A stretch of 58,975 nucleotides of DNA, taken from positions 42,642,618 through 42,701,592 of the forward strand of contig NC_068985.1 of the NCBI RefSeq assembly GCF_001194135.2, in the 5' to 3' direction. The stretch's first letter is position 1. Each line of letters begins with the position of its first letter. Origin of the DNA: Octopus bimaculoides (lineage: Eukaryota). A model generated the notes under the pieces. That model made no database searches. It was not told the origin of the DNA and saw nothing but the letters and a program-made list of their open reading frames with translations. The position numbers and the translations under genes are program-made. This document shows, one piece after another, positions 58,948-58,975 of the stretch.

Positions 58948-58975
58948 TGTATATACACACACGCACCCAAACACA

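Overview
AT-rich, microsatellite- and transposon-dense animal genomic DNA with assembly gaps (3281-3543, 4413-4593, 10408-10964, 16281-16846, 18074-18698, 24869-25392, 56960-57525). The SINE and RTE content looks like an octopus genome (inference, no search run). Almost all ORFs in the supplied track are spurious (microsatellite, gap or repeat). The one host gene I can support is invisible to that track: a minus-strand NTAN1 (protein N-terminal asparagine amidohydrolase, Arg/N-degron pathway). Nine GT-AG exons (2-10; 58465 down to 37291) splice into an uninterrupted 286-codon frame plus stop; exon 1 lies beyond the right edge. The rest is tRNA-SINEs, RTE LINE pieces, mariner (DD34D), maT-type (DD37D) and hAT fossils, Helitrons, and several MITE families. 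The main observations are: a left-to-right switch in CpG decay seen in paired repeat copies, extending about 15 kb beyond the NTAN1 stop (possible hidden transcription unit); GG-ended, 8-bp-TSD MITEs carrying telomeric repeats; a 91-bp mini-Helitron; a composite 1.4-kb mobile unit; and several dsRNA-forming structures in or near NTAN1. I found no solid evidence for a wholly new biological system; the findings are hypotheses to test.
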